This document shows, piece by piece, positions 28,335 to 37,328 of a stretch of DNA of 64,000 nt. The translations under genes and the position numbers were made by a program. The stretch's first letter is position 1. Each line of letters starts with the position of its first letter. Origin of the DNA: Candidatus Omnitrophota bacterium (GTDB taxonomy: Bacteria > Omnitrophota > Gorgyraeia > Pluralincolimonadales > Pluralincolimonadaceae). The DNA lies in contig PLNR01000006.1 in the NCBI GenBank assembly GCA_003141835.1, forward strand, positions 14,558 through 78,557. The letters run 5' to 3'. Below the pieces are notes generated by a model, which made no database searches, had not been told where the DNA came from, and saw only the letters and a program-made list of their open reading frames with translations.

Positions 28335-28790
28335 CTACCCTAATTTCGCAAGTTCTTCTGAGACCATCTGGCTGAGCATCTTGCCGTCAGCCGCGCCTTT
28401 GGCCTCTTCCATCGCCGTTTTCATCACTTTGCCCATATCGGCCCTGCCCTTAGCGCCCACCGCGGCTATCGCGGACTTGACGATTGCCTTCAATTCATCG
28501 GCCGGCATCATCTTCGGCATATACGACTCGAGTATCTTGAGCTCTGCCGTCTCCTTATCTACGAGGTCTTGCCTGTTGCCCTTCGCGAACCCGTCGATGG
28601 AGTCCCTGTGCTGTTTTATCTGCCTGGCTATGATGCCCATAACGTCCTTATCCTCAAGCTTCTCCGCCTTCTTCTCTATTTCGAGGTTCTTTATCCCGGC
28701 CTTGAGCATCCGCAAGGTCGAGAGCTTTATCGCGTCCCTGGCTTTCATCGCTTCCTTTATATCCGCGTCGATCTTCTCTGCAAGCGTCAT
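28335..28790 (-). CDS. GatB/YqeY domain protein
   Basis: LKEAMKARD...LKAGIKNLEIEK...ELKILESYMP pattern of the YqeY family. Confidence 0.75.
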   Translation of the reverse strand: MTLAEKIDADIKEAMKARDAIKLSTLRMLKAGIKNLEIEKKAEKLEDKDVMGIIARQIKQHRDSIDGFAKGNRQDLVDKETAELKILESYMPKMMPADELKAIVKSAIAAVGAKGRADMGKVMKTAMEEAKGAADGKMLSQMVSEELAKLG

Positions 28791-29500
28791 CTCTTATCCC
28801 CCTTTTTATATACGATTTTTGATATCCAGATCGAAAGTTCGTACAAAAACAGCATCGGCACGGCCATCAGGCACTGCGTGAACGCGTCCGGCGTCGGCGT
28901 TATGACCGCGGCCGCGATAAATATCGCGACTATCGCGAATTTTCTGTTCCTGCTCAGGAAAGAGGGCGTCACTATGCCCAGCTTAGAAAGTATCATCACG
29001 ACGACCGGCAATTCGAATACTATCCCGAATGAGAGAAGCATCATTATCACAAAAGAAAGGTATTTGGAGATCGACAGTATCGGATAGACCTGAGGCCCGG
29101 CAAAGTCGACGAGGAACCTGAGCGACCACGGCAGGACAAAAAAATAGCAGAAGACCACCCCGCCCAAAAACAGCGTCACGGAGAACGGCAGCGCGAAGAC
29201 TACCACCCTCCTCTCTTTTTGCGTCAGCCCGGCCGATACGAAAGCCCATACCTGGTAAAGGACCAGCGGAGAGGCTATGAAGAGCCCGGTAAAGAAAGCG
29301 AGCTTGCAGTATTCGAAAAACGCCTCGGTCGGAGAGAAGAACGCGAGGTGGTCGACCGGCGGAAAGATCAAAAGGTCCAGGATCGCCTGTATCTTCAGGA
29401 AAGCGACGCAGGCGCAGACGATGACGGCTACCGCGGATACCAGTATCCGCCGGCGAAGCTCGTCAAGATGCTCCACGAGTGACATCTGTTTATCGGCCAT
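28787..29500 (-). CDS. tatC: Twin-arginine translocase subunit TatC
   Basis: LVEHLDELRRRIL... and six TM segments with TatC conserved motifs. Confidence 0.9.
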   Translation of the reverse strand: MADKQMSLVEHLDELRRRILVSAVAVIVCACVAFLKIQAILDLLIFPPVDHLAFFSPTEAFFEYCKLAFFTGLFIASPLVLYQVWAFVSAGLTQKERRVVVFALPFSVTLFLGGVVFCYFFVLPWSLRFLVDFAGPQVYPILSISKYLSFVIMMLLSFGIVFELPVVVMILSKLGIVTPSFLSRNRKFAIVAIFIAAAVITPTPDAFTQCLMAVPMLFLYELSIWISKIVYKKGDKR

Positions 29501-29514
29501 ATCGTGCGGGATGT

Positions 29515-29679
29515 TTAATCTTTTTTGGGTGACTGGGAATCGTCTTCTTTCATCGCCTTCTTGAACTCATTGATGGCCTTGCCTAATGAGCGAGCGATCT
29601 CGGGAAGGCGCGCCGCCCCGAAGACGAGAAGGACGATGATAAGGATGACTACCAATTCGGGAAAACCGATATTGAACAT
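29515..29679 (-). CDS. tatA: Twin-arginine translocase subunit TatA/E. The start is set at the internal Met, preceded by a GGAGG RBS.
   Basis: [41 protein letters not shown]. The longer 72-codon ORF adds an implausible 18-aa extension. Confidence 0.85.
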   Translation of the reverse strand: MFNIGFPELVVILIIVLLVFGAARLPEIARSLGKAINEFKKAMKEDDSQSPKKD

Positions 29680-29752
29680 TTGGGCCTCCGTTTTATCTAC
29701 GGAGATTATAGCACAAGGATAAAAGCGAGGCAAGGCCCGTCGTAGGTTGTTT

Positions 29753-29944
29753 ATATAAGCGGAATGTCCCGAAGTGACACGTCCCGCTTATTCCTATTCG
29801 GGTTGCCTACGGCGCTTTGAGAAAGAACGTTATCCTGCGCGTCCTTTATTATAACAGAGCCATAGATATCATAGGTATACTTTTCTATGACGCCGGAGGA
29901 GGGGTCGGTGAGCTCTGTGACGGAGCCAAGGCCGTCGGAGGATA
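29753..29944 (-). pseudogene. Orphan Rhs core-end fragment 2. Truncated, with no toxin domain, and disrupted by repeat element C.
   Basis: Minus-strand frame encodes ...ELTDPSS.VIEKYTYDIYGSVIIKDAQDNVLSQSAVGNP, homologous to Rhs residues upstream of DPMGL. It then diverges into [15 protein letters not shown] inside the repeat element. Confidence 0.7.
29755..29786. repeat. Half-length member of the repeat family (element C): tgtccc-N3-gtgacacgtccc
   Basis: tataagcggaatgtcccgaagtgacacgtcccgc matches the right arm of elements A and B and the junction elements D and C'. Confidence 0.65.
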
Positions 29945-29995
29945 GTTATGTGAGCGGAGGGTGTACTGAAGTGACGCGTTCCGGTTCATCCACCG
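29945..29995. repeat. Degenerate half-length member of the repeat family (element C') at the 5' junction of orphan fragment 2
   Basis: ttatgtgagcggagggtgtactgaagtgacgcgttccgg is collinear with element D (ttatatgagtggagtgtctccc...aagtgacacgtcccc). Confidence 0.55.
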
Positions 29996-30010
29996 GTTCA
30001 TCCTATATTT

Positions 30011-30400
30011 TTATACGATTCTATACGAGGCGTGGGATTCAATATGGCTTTTGTCCCATCCGTCTTTATTAAGACGCCATTTATCACCCTGTGGGATGCT
30101 ATCAAATAAATGCAAATGAACTATTTCTGCTTTACTCCAAATAGCGTTTTTATATCTAAGGGTTAAAATCAATATTTTACCTTTAATGCCAGAAAATGAT
30201 ATCTCTTCGTCCAATCTAACAACCGCATCTTCATTTTTATAATATCCAGGAATAAAATCTACGACTTCTCCATAATACGCGTTTTTCCCGCTGAGCCATT
30301 CAGGGCTAGTTGAGTACCCACCCCACAGCTTAACTCTATTACCAATTTTCAATCTTTTTCTATTAAATAAATTTAATAACAAAAGTTTCATTCCTATCAT
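30011..30400 (-). CDS. Candidate immunity protein for the orphan Rhs toxin cassette
   Basis: Lies immediately downstream with ATGA overlap. It is strongly AT-rich, about 33% GC against a roughly 57% background. Its 129 aa show no similarity to the other immunity candidate. Confidence 0.5.
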   Translation of the reverse strand: MIGMKLLLLNLFNRKRLKIGNRVKLWGGYSTSPEWLSGKNAYYGEVVDFIPGYYKNEDAVVRLDEEISFSGIKGKILILTLRYKNAIWSKAEIVHLHLFDSIPQGDKWRLNKDGWDKSHIESHASYRIV

Positions 30401-31269
30401 TTAGGCCACCTCCATCCTCTATAATATTCTTTACCGGCACCACCCTCTATATCGCGTGGACCTCGCACTGGCTCCCAAGGTTTAACATCTATCTTGCGAA
30501 CCGCTGTTCCTGTGTTTCCGCCCGCTGATTCTTTAAGATTTAAAGCCTTATATGCTTCATTGCCAGGTTCATATGGCGGCTTGTTTCCGCGCACCATAAA
30601 ACGAGATTCATATGCCTCATTACCCTTCGAATAATATTGCCAATAACTACCGTTGTTCATTTGAGACCCTGTCAATGCCAATATCGATGCCGTAAGGGAA
30701 ATGTCCTTACAGAAACCGGAAGCATTCTCCAGGGAGGGATTCGCCATAAACTTTCCAGTGCCTTCTCCCAGATGACCTATGTCGGAAGGAATATTTAAAA
30801 TGTTCGTGCCTAAATCTACTACGCTGGATGCAACAGTGGCGCCAATTATATCATACGTGGTGGTAACATTACTAAAAATCATGTCTTTCAAAGTTGAGTT
30901 TTTTCCTTCAACCCATCCCTTTAACCTGTCATACCATGGGCACTTCCCCATCGGATCCGTGTAGTTAATCGGGTTATTCGAGCAATACGCATAGAGGTTT
31001 ATGCCCGCGGAGTAGCCGACAGGGTCTGTCTGGAGGAAGCGGCCTATCTTGGGGTTGTAGTAACGGGCCCTGTAGTAATAGAGGCCTGTCTCCGGGTCAA
31101 GGGCCCTTGAGGTGAAGAAATAAGGGTTGCCTACGGCGCTTTGAGAAAGAACGTTATCCTGCGCGTCCTTTATTATAACAGAGCCATAGATATCATAGGT
31201 ATACTTTTCTATGACGCTGGAGGAGGGGTCGGTGAGCTCCGTGATGGAACCGAAGCCGTCAAAGGATAG
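30397..31269 (-). CDS. Orphan Rhs C-terminal toxin cassette. It comprises a 5'-truncated Rhs core fragment and a variable C-terminal domain. There is no in-frame start codon before the Met of DPMG.
   Basis: The open frame encodes LSFDGFGSITELTDPSSSVIEKYTYDIYGSVIIKDAQDNVLSQSAVGNPYFFTSRALDPETGLYYYRARYYNPKIGRFLQTDPVGYSAGINLYAYCSNNPINYTDPMGK followed by a 184-aa C-terminal domain. The fragment is about 90% identical to the main Rhs core end. The codon-by-codon translation finds no ATG/GTG/TTG upstream of 30951. Confidence 0.75.
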   Translation of the reverse strand, partial: LSFDGFGSITELTDPSSSVIEKYTYDIYGSVIIKDAQDNVLSQSAVGNPYFFTSRALDPETGLYYYRARYYNPKIGRFLQTDPVGYSAGINLYAYCSNNPINYTDPMGKCPWYDRLKGWVEGKNSTLKDMIFSNVTTTYDIIGATVASSVVDLGTNILNIPSDIGHLGEGTGKFMANPSLENASGFCKDISLTASILALTGSQMNNGSYWQYYSKGNEAYESRFMVRGNKPPYEPGNEAYKALNLKESAGGNTGTAVRKIDVKPWEPVRGPRDIEGGAGKEYYRGWRWPK

Positions 31270-31270
31270 T

Positions 31271-31324
31271 TATATGAGTGGAGTGTCTCCCTTGCGGGGA
31301 TTTTGCCTAAAGTGACACGTCCCC
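31271..31324. repeat. Half-length member of the repeat family (element D) at the 5' junction of the orphan cassette
   Basis: tatatgagtggagtgtctcccttgcggggattttgcctaaagtgacacgtcccc. It shares the GTGACACGTCCCC motif with elements C and E and with the right arms of A and B. Confidence 0.65.
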
Positions 31325-31338
31325 AATTATCCTCGCAG

Positions 31339-31725
31339 CTAGGTTCGTATTAACTGCGATGCAATTATTTTTTCAAGTGCTTCTTTAAGAAGATTAAATT
31401 GTTTCTCTATCGTATTCCAATCTAGAGGCACAGTAAAAATTATAGGTTCTACCTTCCACCAATATCGCCTACCAAATATCGTGTCTTTAAAAGTGCAACC
31501 CCAAACCAAAAAGTTATTTAAATTTTCCCCGTCCAAATAAATCTGTATTTGTTTTGTTACTTTTTTATTTTTCCATGAAAGCGACCTTTCTGGCCAATCA
31601 TGGTAATTCTTAGTTAATTTCATTTGATGCTCTTCGGCATAATGTTTTATTTCTTTATCTATTTCCAAAAGTGAACTTTCCCCTTCTAAAAAGTTATTCT
31701 TTTTATTATCTAATGAGTTTTTCAT
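31339..31725 (-). CDS. Candidate cognate immunity protein of the main Rhs toxin
   Basis: ATGA overlap with the rhs stop. AT-rich (about 33% GC). 128 aa with no recognizable domain. Confidence 0.5.
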   Translation of the reverse strand: MKNSLDNKKNNFLEGESSLLEIDKEIKHYAEEHQMKLTKNYHDWPERSLSWKNKKVTKQIQIYLDGENLNNFLVWGCTFKDTIFGRRYWWKVEPIIFTVPLDWNTIEKQFNLLKEALEKIIASQLIRT

Positions 31726-34700
31726 TGTATATATTGTATTCCTCCTCCTGAATGACCAAATTTTGGTGGTACTCTTTCAGGCCCTCTTAAATATCTAAAA
31801 GAGCTTGGTCTAACTTCTCTAACTGCTGTCCCGGGATTATATGCTGGCAAGCTTAACTTCTCTGCGGCTTCTGTACCAACTTTGTATGGCGCGTTCCATC
31901 CTTCTCCCCTTGTTAAATATTTTGAAGTATATGCAGGATTGTCCGCAGGACCGTACTGATAAAATGGCCTTGTTGAATACGCAGCGGAGGCTGCAACCGC
32001 AGAAATGGATGCCGCCCTCGAGACATCTTTGGAGACTGATGCAGCAGCCATCCAGTAATTACCTTGGCTACTATACCGTTCTGCATCTGCCCATCCTTCA
32101 CCTAGTCTAAGGAGATCTGAAGTTCCATGTAAAACGTCAGCTGCCGTGGAAACAAGGCCATTCCAAACCCAAACCTTTGGATTCTGCGTGTAAAATCCTT
32201 CGGCTGTATCTATTCCTTCATCTAACAATTTAGCTGACTCAGAACCCCATCCACCCTTGCACAACCCCATTGGATCAGTGTTGTTTATTGGATTATTCGA
32301 GCAGTAGGCATAAAGATTCATCCCTGCAGAGTATCCTACCGGGTCGGTCTGGAGGAAGCGGCCTATCTTGGGGTTGTAGTAACGGGCCCTGTAGTAATAC
32401 AGGCCTGTCTCGGGATCAAGGGCCCTTGCTGTGAAGAAATAGGTGTTGCCTACGGCGCTTTGAGAAAGAACGTTATCCTGCGCGTCTTTTATTATAACAT
32501 TGCCGAAGATATCATAGGTATATTTTTCTATTACGCTGGAGGAGGGGTCGGTAAGCTCCGTGATGGAACCGAGGCCGTCGGTGTGGTAATAGTAGGTTGC
32601 CTGGCCGGCCTTTAAGCATACGGGCTCGTCTATTCCCGGGCCGTAGATGAACTTCCTTAAAAGGGCCCCTGTTGAATCATATTCGGCGATTACCTGGTCG
32701 CCGTCATAGATGTAGCCGGTTATCCGGCCGTTGACATCTTTCCTTATTCTCCTTCCGGTGGGATCGTAAGTGTATGCGGCTGTTGTGCCGGTCTTTGACG
32801 CCGAGACCATCCTGTTTTCATAATCAAAGGAATAAGCGTTCGTGCCGTCGCTTGTCAGGTTCCCGTTACCATCGTAGGAATACGGGGTCGAGTTGACCTG
32901 GGTGTATTGGTTTAAGTTATTCGAGCTGTAGAGCTCAACCACCCCGCCTGAGACCTGGGTGCGGTTGCCGATCAAGTCGTAATCATATGAGACGTCCGCG
33001 AACGGGTATCCTGAAGGGTAATTTACCCCTTTTACGCGGTAGGTTTTGTCGTATGTGTAGCTATGGGTCCCCTGCTGAGTCGTCATGGTCAGCCTGTTGG
33101 AGGCGTTATCATAGGTATAGGCGAAACTTGAGAAGACGGAGTTTCCGTTGACCTTCTTAAGCAGGCGGCCTATGTTATCATATGTATAGGCGGAACGCGT
33201 GTCATTATTGTATTTGATCGTCAACCTTCGAGATAAAGGATCGTATGTATACTGCGATACTGCCTGGCCTGTCTGGTCGACAATGCTCTTCAGGCGGTTC
33301 AGCTGGTCATATGTGTAGGTTAAATACGCGCCGTCGGGATAAGTCAGCTTTGTCCTGTTTCCGGCCTTATCGTATTCATTAGCGACGATCTTACCGCTTG
33401 TGGTTGTCCGCAGGACACGGTTCAAGTTATCATATTGATATGAGATCGTCTGGCCCGCCCCGCTTATTGAAGATAGGCGCGAAGCGATATCGTAAGCGTA
33501 GCTGATCACAGGGCCTGAGGAAGGCGCTTTGGATACCAGGCGGTTTAAGTTATCGTAGGAAAAGGTTATCGCATCTCCCCTTCTTGTCGTCTTTAAAGCA
33601 AGGTTTGAGTTCAGGTCGGGGGTATATGTTTCGCTTGAACCGTCAGGGAATGTCGCCTTGATAAGCCATCCCGAAGCGTCATAATCATAGCAAGTAACGG
33701 CGCCGTTTGAGTCTGTGATGCTTTTTAGTTTGCCGTTCCTGTCGTAGGTATTCTCAACCCTGCCGCCCTCAGCGTCGGTCGTCCTGATAAGCAGGTTGCG
33801 CTCATCGTACGCATATGCAGTCGTATTGCCGTTGGGGTCAGCCTGGCTTATTTTATTCCCCGCGCCGTCATAGGAGAAGCTTGTCGTGACGGTCTCCGAA
33901 GCCGAAGGATGTTCCGCGACAGAGACCAGGCGGTCGCGCTTGTCATAAATGTTCTCGACCGCCTGCCAAATTGAGCCCGCGTCATCAAGCTGGCGCTCAA
34001 TTTTAACGGGATTCCTGTTTTTGTCATACGTATATTTGGTCTGGAAATTAAATGGCGCCGGCGAGATAGACTTCAGGAGCAGGCCTATTTTGTTGTATTG
34101 GTTCGTGGCCTTCCTGCCCAACGGGTCGGTTGCGGATATGGGATTGCCTAGAACGTCATAGCCAAATAGTGTTGTAGCGTTTATCCCGCCGTAATTGAGT
34201 ATCTTTTGCGAGAGATATCCGTTCGTGTCATAAGTATTCCTGGTCACTATGCCGTTAGGGTCTGTCTGGTTAACGGGTTGGCCGTAGCTGTTATAAGTGA
34301 AAAGCTCGATAGGCGTCTGCCCGTTTACGGCCGGATGCGTCAGCCTGACCAGGTTGCCGCGGGTATCATAGCCATAGGTTGTCGTATTTCCCCTTGGGTC
34401 TGTGGCTGTCTTCACAAAGCTATACTTTGGTTCATAGGTAAACCTGCTTACGCGGCCTAAGGGGTCGGTCACGGATGTGCAGTTCCCCTTATCGTCATAA
34501 GCGTAATATGTCGTGCGCCCTTCGGGATCCGTCATGCTTGTCTTGTTGAGATCGTCGTCATAAGTATAGCGGATTACATCGCCGATAGGGCCGGTTGCCG
34601 CGGTTATGCTATCGTCCTTGTCATAGTCATATTTTGTGGTATAGCCGCGTTCGTTGGTTTCTGTCGTGACCCGCAGGGACCTGTTATGCGTAAAACTCAC

Positions 34701-35630
34701 AGCGCTGCCGTCGGGATAGGTGATCGCGACGCACTTAAGGAAATTAGGCCCTCCGGCTGTTGAGTCAAACGAGAAAGACGTCCTGTTATTATTAGGGTCT
34801 GTTATCGAGGTGATCTGCCAGTAAACGTTTTTCACGTAGATCATGCCGTTATAGAAATCGAACAGGGAATAACCGTAGCCTATACGGTTTCCCTCGGGAT
34901 CAGTGACCGAAGACAAGTTCTTGGAAGCGTCGTAAGAATAAGCGGTGACCTGGTTATTCGGCCACCTGATCGATGATATCAAGGAGTCCGCGTTATAGGA
35001 AATAACCAGGCGCCTGCCGGAATTATCCGATATCGAGGACGGAAGCCCATTACTATAAGAGATGGATATCGGGTTCCCGTTCCTGTCGGTTATATTCTGG
35101 AGCTTTCCGTCAGAGCGGAAATTGTAGGTCTTTCCGTTCTTGCGGACCAGGATCCACGAGCTCCTGTCTTTTCCCGTTAATTTTGAGAAATTTCCCTTCG
35201 GCGGAGTCCATTTACCGCCTTCCCGGTTATATACCTCTCTCAGGCCTTCCTCATTCTGGATCTCAACGCAAGTCGGTGAAAGGACTTTTACATTTATTTC
35301 ATAGTTGAAGCTCCAGCCGCGCCCGAAGAGGCCCATATAATCCTTGCCGGATATGCCGTAATAGTCCCTTGTTATCTCAAGAGAGCTATCTCCGCGGCCC
35401 GGGACCAAAATATCCTGGTTGGAGGCGTGAAGCCTCCCATTTGTCGCGTAGACCGGATCGGCAAGAGGCGCGTTATTTTTAATTTCTCCCTTCATGGGCC
35501 GCTTATCAACGTTGTTGTCATTTGGGGGCGTGCCGCAGCCGAAGGCGAGTGAGCTAAAATAAACCATAAGGATGACGGAAACAGCCGCGATTTTTTCAAG
35601 ATGCCGGGGACCACTTAAGCGCCGTGTCAT
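31722..35630 (-). CDS. rhs: Rhs/YD-repeat polymorphic toxin (1302 aa) with an N-terminal signal peptide. The Rhs core ends at the DPMGL motif and is followed by a roughly 190-aa variable C-terminal toxin domain.
   Basis: Dozens of YD repeats (YxYDxxGNR/L...). RHS-associated core ...ARYYNPKIGRFLQTDPVGYSAGMNLYAYCSNNPINNTDPMGL. Signal sequence ILMVYFSSLAFGC. Confidence 0.9.
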   Translation of the reverse strand: MTRRLSGPRHLEKIAAVSVILMVYFSSLAFGCGTPPNDNNVDKRPMKGEIKNNAPLADPVYATNGRLHASNQDILVPGRGDSSLEITRDYYGISGKDYMGLFGRGWSFNYEINVKVLSPTCVEIQNEEGLREVYNREGGKWTPPKGNFSKLTGKDRSSWILVRKNGKTYNFRSDGKLQNITDRNGNPISISYSNGLPSSISDNSGRRLVISYNADSLISSIRWPNNQVTAYSYDASKNLSSVTDPEGNRIGYGYSLFDFYNGMIYVKNVYWQITSITDPNNNRTSFSFDSTAGGPNFLKCVAITYPDGSAVSFTHNRSLRVTTETNERGYTTKYDYDKDDSITAATGPIGDVIRYTYDDDLNKTSMTDPEGRTTYYAYDDKGNCTSVTDPLGRVSRFTYEPKYSFVKTATDPRGNTTTYGYDTRGNLVRLTHPAVNGQTPIELFTYNSYGQPVNQTDPNGIVTRNTYDTNGYLSQKILNYGGINATTLFGYDVLGNPISATDPLGRKATNQYNKIGLLLKSISPAPFNFQTKYTYDKNRNPVKIERQLDDAGSIWQAVENIYDKRDRLVSVAEHPSASETVTTSFSYDGAGNKISQADPNGNTTAYAYDERNLLIRTTDAEGGRVENTYDRNGKLKSITDSNGAVTCYDYDASGWLIKATFPDGSSETYTPDLNSNLALKTTRRGDAITFSYDNLNRLVSKAPSSGPVISYAYDIASRLSSISGAGQTISYQYDNLNRVLRTTTSGKIVANEYDKAGNRTKLTYPDGAYLTYTYDQLNRLKSIVDQTGQAVSQYTYDPLSRRLTIKYNNDTRSAYTYDNIGRLLKKVNGNSVFSSFAYTYDNASNRLTMTTQQGTHSYTYDKTYRVKGVNYPSGYPFADVSYDYDLIGNRTQVSGGVVELYSSNNLNQYTQVNSTPYSYDGNGNLTSDGTNAYSFDYENRMVSASKTGTTAAYTYDPTGRRIRKDVNGRITGYIYDGDQVIAEYDSTGALLRKFIYGPGIDEPVCLKAGQATYYYHTDGLGSITELTDPSSSVIEKYTYDIFGNVIIKDAQDNVLSQSAVGNTYFFTARALDPETGLYYYRARYYNPKIGRFLQTDPVGYSAGMNLYAYCSNNPINNTDPMGLCKGGWGSESAKLLDEGIDTAEGFYTQNPKVWVWNGLVSTAADVLHGTSDLLRLGEGWADAERYSSQGNYWMAAASVSKDVSRAASISAVAASAAYSTRPFYQYGPADNPAYTSKYLTRGEGWNAPYKVGTEAAEKLSLPAYNPGTAVREVRPSSFRYLRGPERVPPKFGHSGGGIQYIQ

Positions 35631-35642
35631 TAGTTTTCTCCG

Positions 35643-36380
35643 TTAGTTAGTTTTTTCAATGTCTTCTATGTTCGCCTTTGCCTGTTCGGCAAGTTTGGTG
35701 TCCGGACCTGCCCTCAAAACTTCCTTGAATGAATCAAGCGCGCTCACGCGGTCCCCGAGAAAGAAATAACATCTGCCTTTCTCAAGCCAGACCCATTGCA
35801 CCGTTTCCGGGGTAAACGTTCCTTCTTTAAGGGCGCTTGCATATTCTTCTATCGCGTCGCCGTATCTTGTCCTCTCGCAGTAGCACCAGCCGAGATTTAT
35901 ACGGATGTAGCCGGCCAAACCGCTCTTTTCGGAATAATGAAGGGCTTTTTCATAGGATTCGATCGCCTGGTCATATCTTTTCAGATGTTGAAAGGATTCG
36001 CCCGCCGAATAATACAATCTTAGTATATCCATCTTGCTCCCGGGATAGCGCTTAGAAAAATCATCACATAAACGCAGGACATCGTCATACTTGGCTGAGC
36101 TTATCAGGGATGGCATTAACCGCTTCGTTATCGCGAGCCTCGCATCCCGCGTCATATTAGGGTCATTGAGAAGAGCTTCCTCGAATGGGTCTATCCCGCC
36201 GGAGGATGAGGCGTTTTCATCACAATTTATACCGTCAAGCTTGGGATCTATATAAAAAGACACCGCCTCTCTTTCATCGAGGAACGACTCTATCCTATTT
36301 ACCGCGTCAAGACGGCTGTCTTCAGCCGCATAAAGAAAAACGGGAATAACGAGAATAAGGCAAAAAACGACAGCGCGCAT
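35643..36380 (-). CDS. Secreted TPR-repeat protein
   Basis: Signal peptide plus TPR-like helical repeats (YYSAGESFQHLKRYDQAIESYEKAL...). Lies immediately upstream of rhs. Confidence 0.6.
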   Translation of the reverse strand: MRAVVFCLILVIPVFLYAAEDSRLDAVNRIESFLDEREAVSFYIDPKLDGINCDENASSSGGIDPFEEALLNDPNMTRDARLAITKRLMPSLISSAKYDDVLRLCDDFSKRYPGSKMDILRLYYSAGESFQHLKRYDQAIESYEKALHYSEKSGLAGYIRINLGWCYCERTRYGDAIEEYASALKEGTFTPETVQWVWLEKGRCYFFLGDRVSALDSFKEVLRAGPDTKLAEQAKANIEDIEKTN

Positions 36381-37205
36381 TTAGAACTCCGCTAACGGGT
36401 CTGTCAGGTCGTCCGGCGTCCCCAACTTTTTATCTTCACCTTCCGAGCCGTATTTTTGGTATTTGATAAACTGGTTTGCCCTCGCGACAGAGCCGTCAAG
36501 ATTCCTTAAACCCTCGTACATCTTATCCATGATGTGTGTCATCAAGGCCGGATCCGAGGCCGGACAGGCCATGAACGCTTTCTTAAAACAGGAAAGAGCT
36601 TCTTTGTTCGAGCCTTCGGCCATGAATGCGTCTCCTAATTCAGCGAAACTCTCGGCTCTCTGGCTATTCGCGGATGGATAGTTGTCTATGAGTTTCTGGA
36701 ACTCGGCCTTAGCTTGAGCCGGATTTTTCATTTTTATATACGCCCTGCCTATCATTAATTGGGCGACCGGAGCATTATAATCATTCGGATAATCCGAAAT
36801 TATTTTACGATACTCGGCTATCGCCGCATCGGGCTTATTGAGACAATTTAATGTTATCTGGGCTATTTCGAACCGGGCCCTGGAACACTCGGCCGTGATC
36901 GACGGATACAGCTTCGGCACTTTTTCATATTCATCTATGGCTTTTTGATATTTTTGTTTTGAATAGTGGTAACAGCCTATATAATACTGCGCCTTGGCGC
37001 ACAACAGCGGTTCGCCGGGATTATTAATTATGAAGTCCTGAAGGTCCTGCAGCTTGTCCCAGCCGCCGTCCCACCAGAAATTAGGGATATCCCTGACTAT
37101 GCCGGAGAATTGCGCGTCGGCAGAGATGCCATCAGGGAAACATGGCGCAGTGAGATTCAATACTAAAAGTGAAGTAATCATGAGGATAAAAACCAGTTTT
37201 TTCAT
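36381..37205 (-). CDS. Secreted TPR-repeat protein
   Basis: Signal peptide plus TPR motifs (AQYYIGCYHYSKQKYQKAIDEY..., AQLMIGRAYIKMKNPAQAKAEF...). Stop/start-adjacent to the previous TPR gene. Confidence 0.6.
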   Translation of the reverse strand: MKKLVFILMITSLLVLNLTAPCFPDGISADAQFSGIVRDIPNFWWDGGWDKLQDLQDFIINNPGEPLLCAKAQYYIGCYHYSKQKYQKAIDEYEKVPKLYPSITAECSRARFEIAQITLNCLNKPDAAIAEYRKIISDYPNDYNAPVAQLMIGRAYIKMKNPAQAKAEFQKLIDNYPSANSQRAESFAELGDAFMAEGSNKEALSCFKKAFMACPASDPALMTHIMDKMYEGLRNLDGSVARANQFIKYQKYGSEGEDKKLGTPDDLTDPLAEF

Positions 37206-37292
37206 TTGCGACTTTCTTTTTTAGTGTTTTTTCACGATTTATGCCCACGTGAGCAATTTATCACATAATTTTCAATTGTCAAACTAAATTAG

Positions 37293-37322
37293 TTGCTTTT
37301 TTATAGCAAAATTTAATATAAT
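37293..37322 (+). promoter_or_regulatory. Candidate sigma70 promoter for the spermidine-synthase-like gene
   Basis: TTGCTT-N18-TATAAT in an AT-rich tract immediately upstream of 37329. Confidence 0.4.
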
Positions 37323-37328
37323 ATACCT

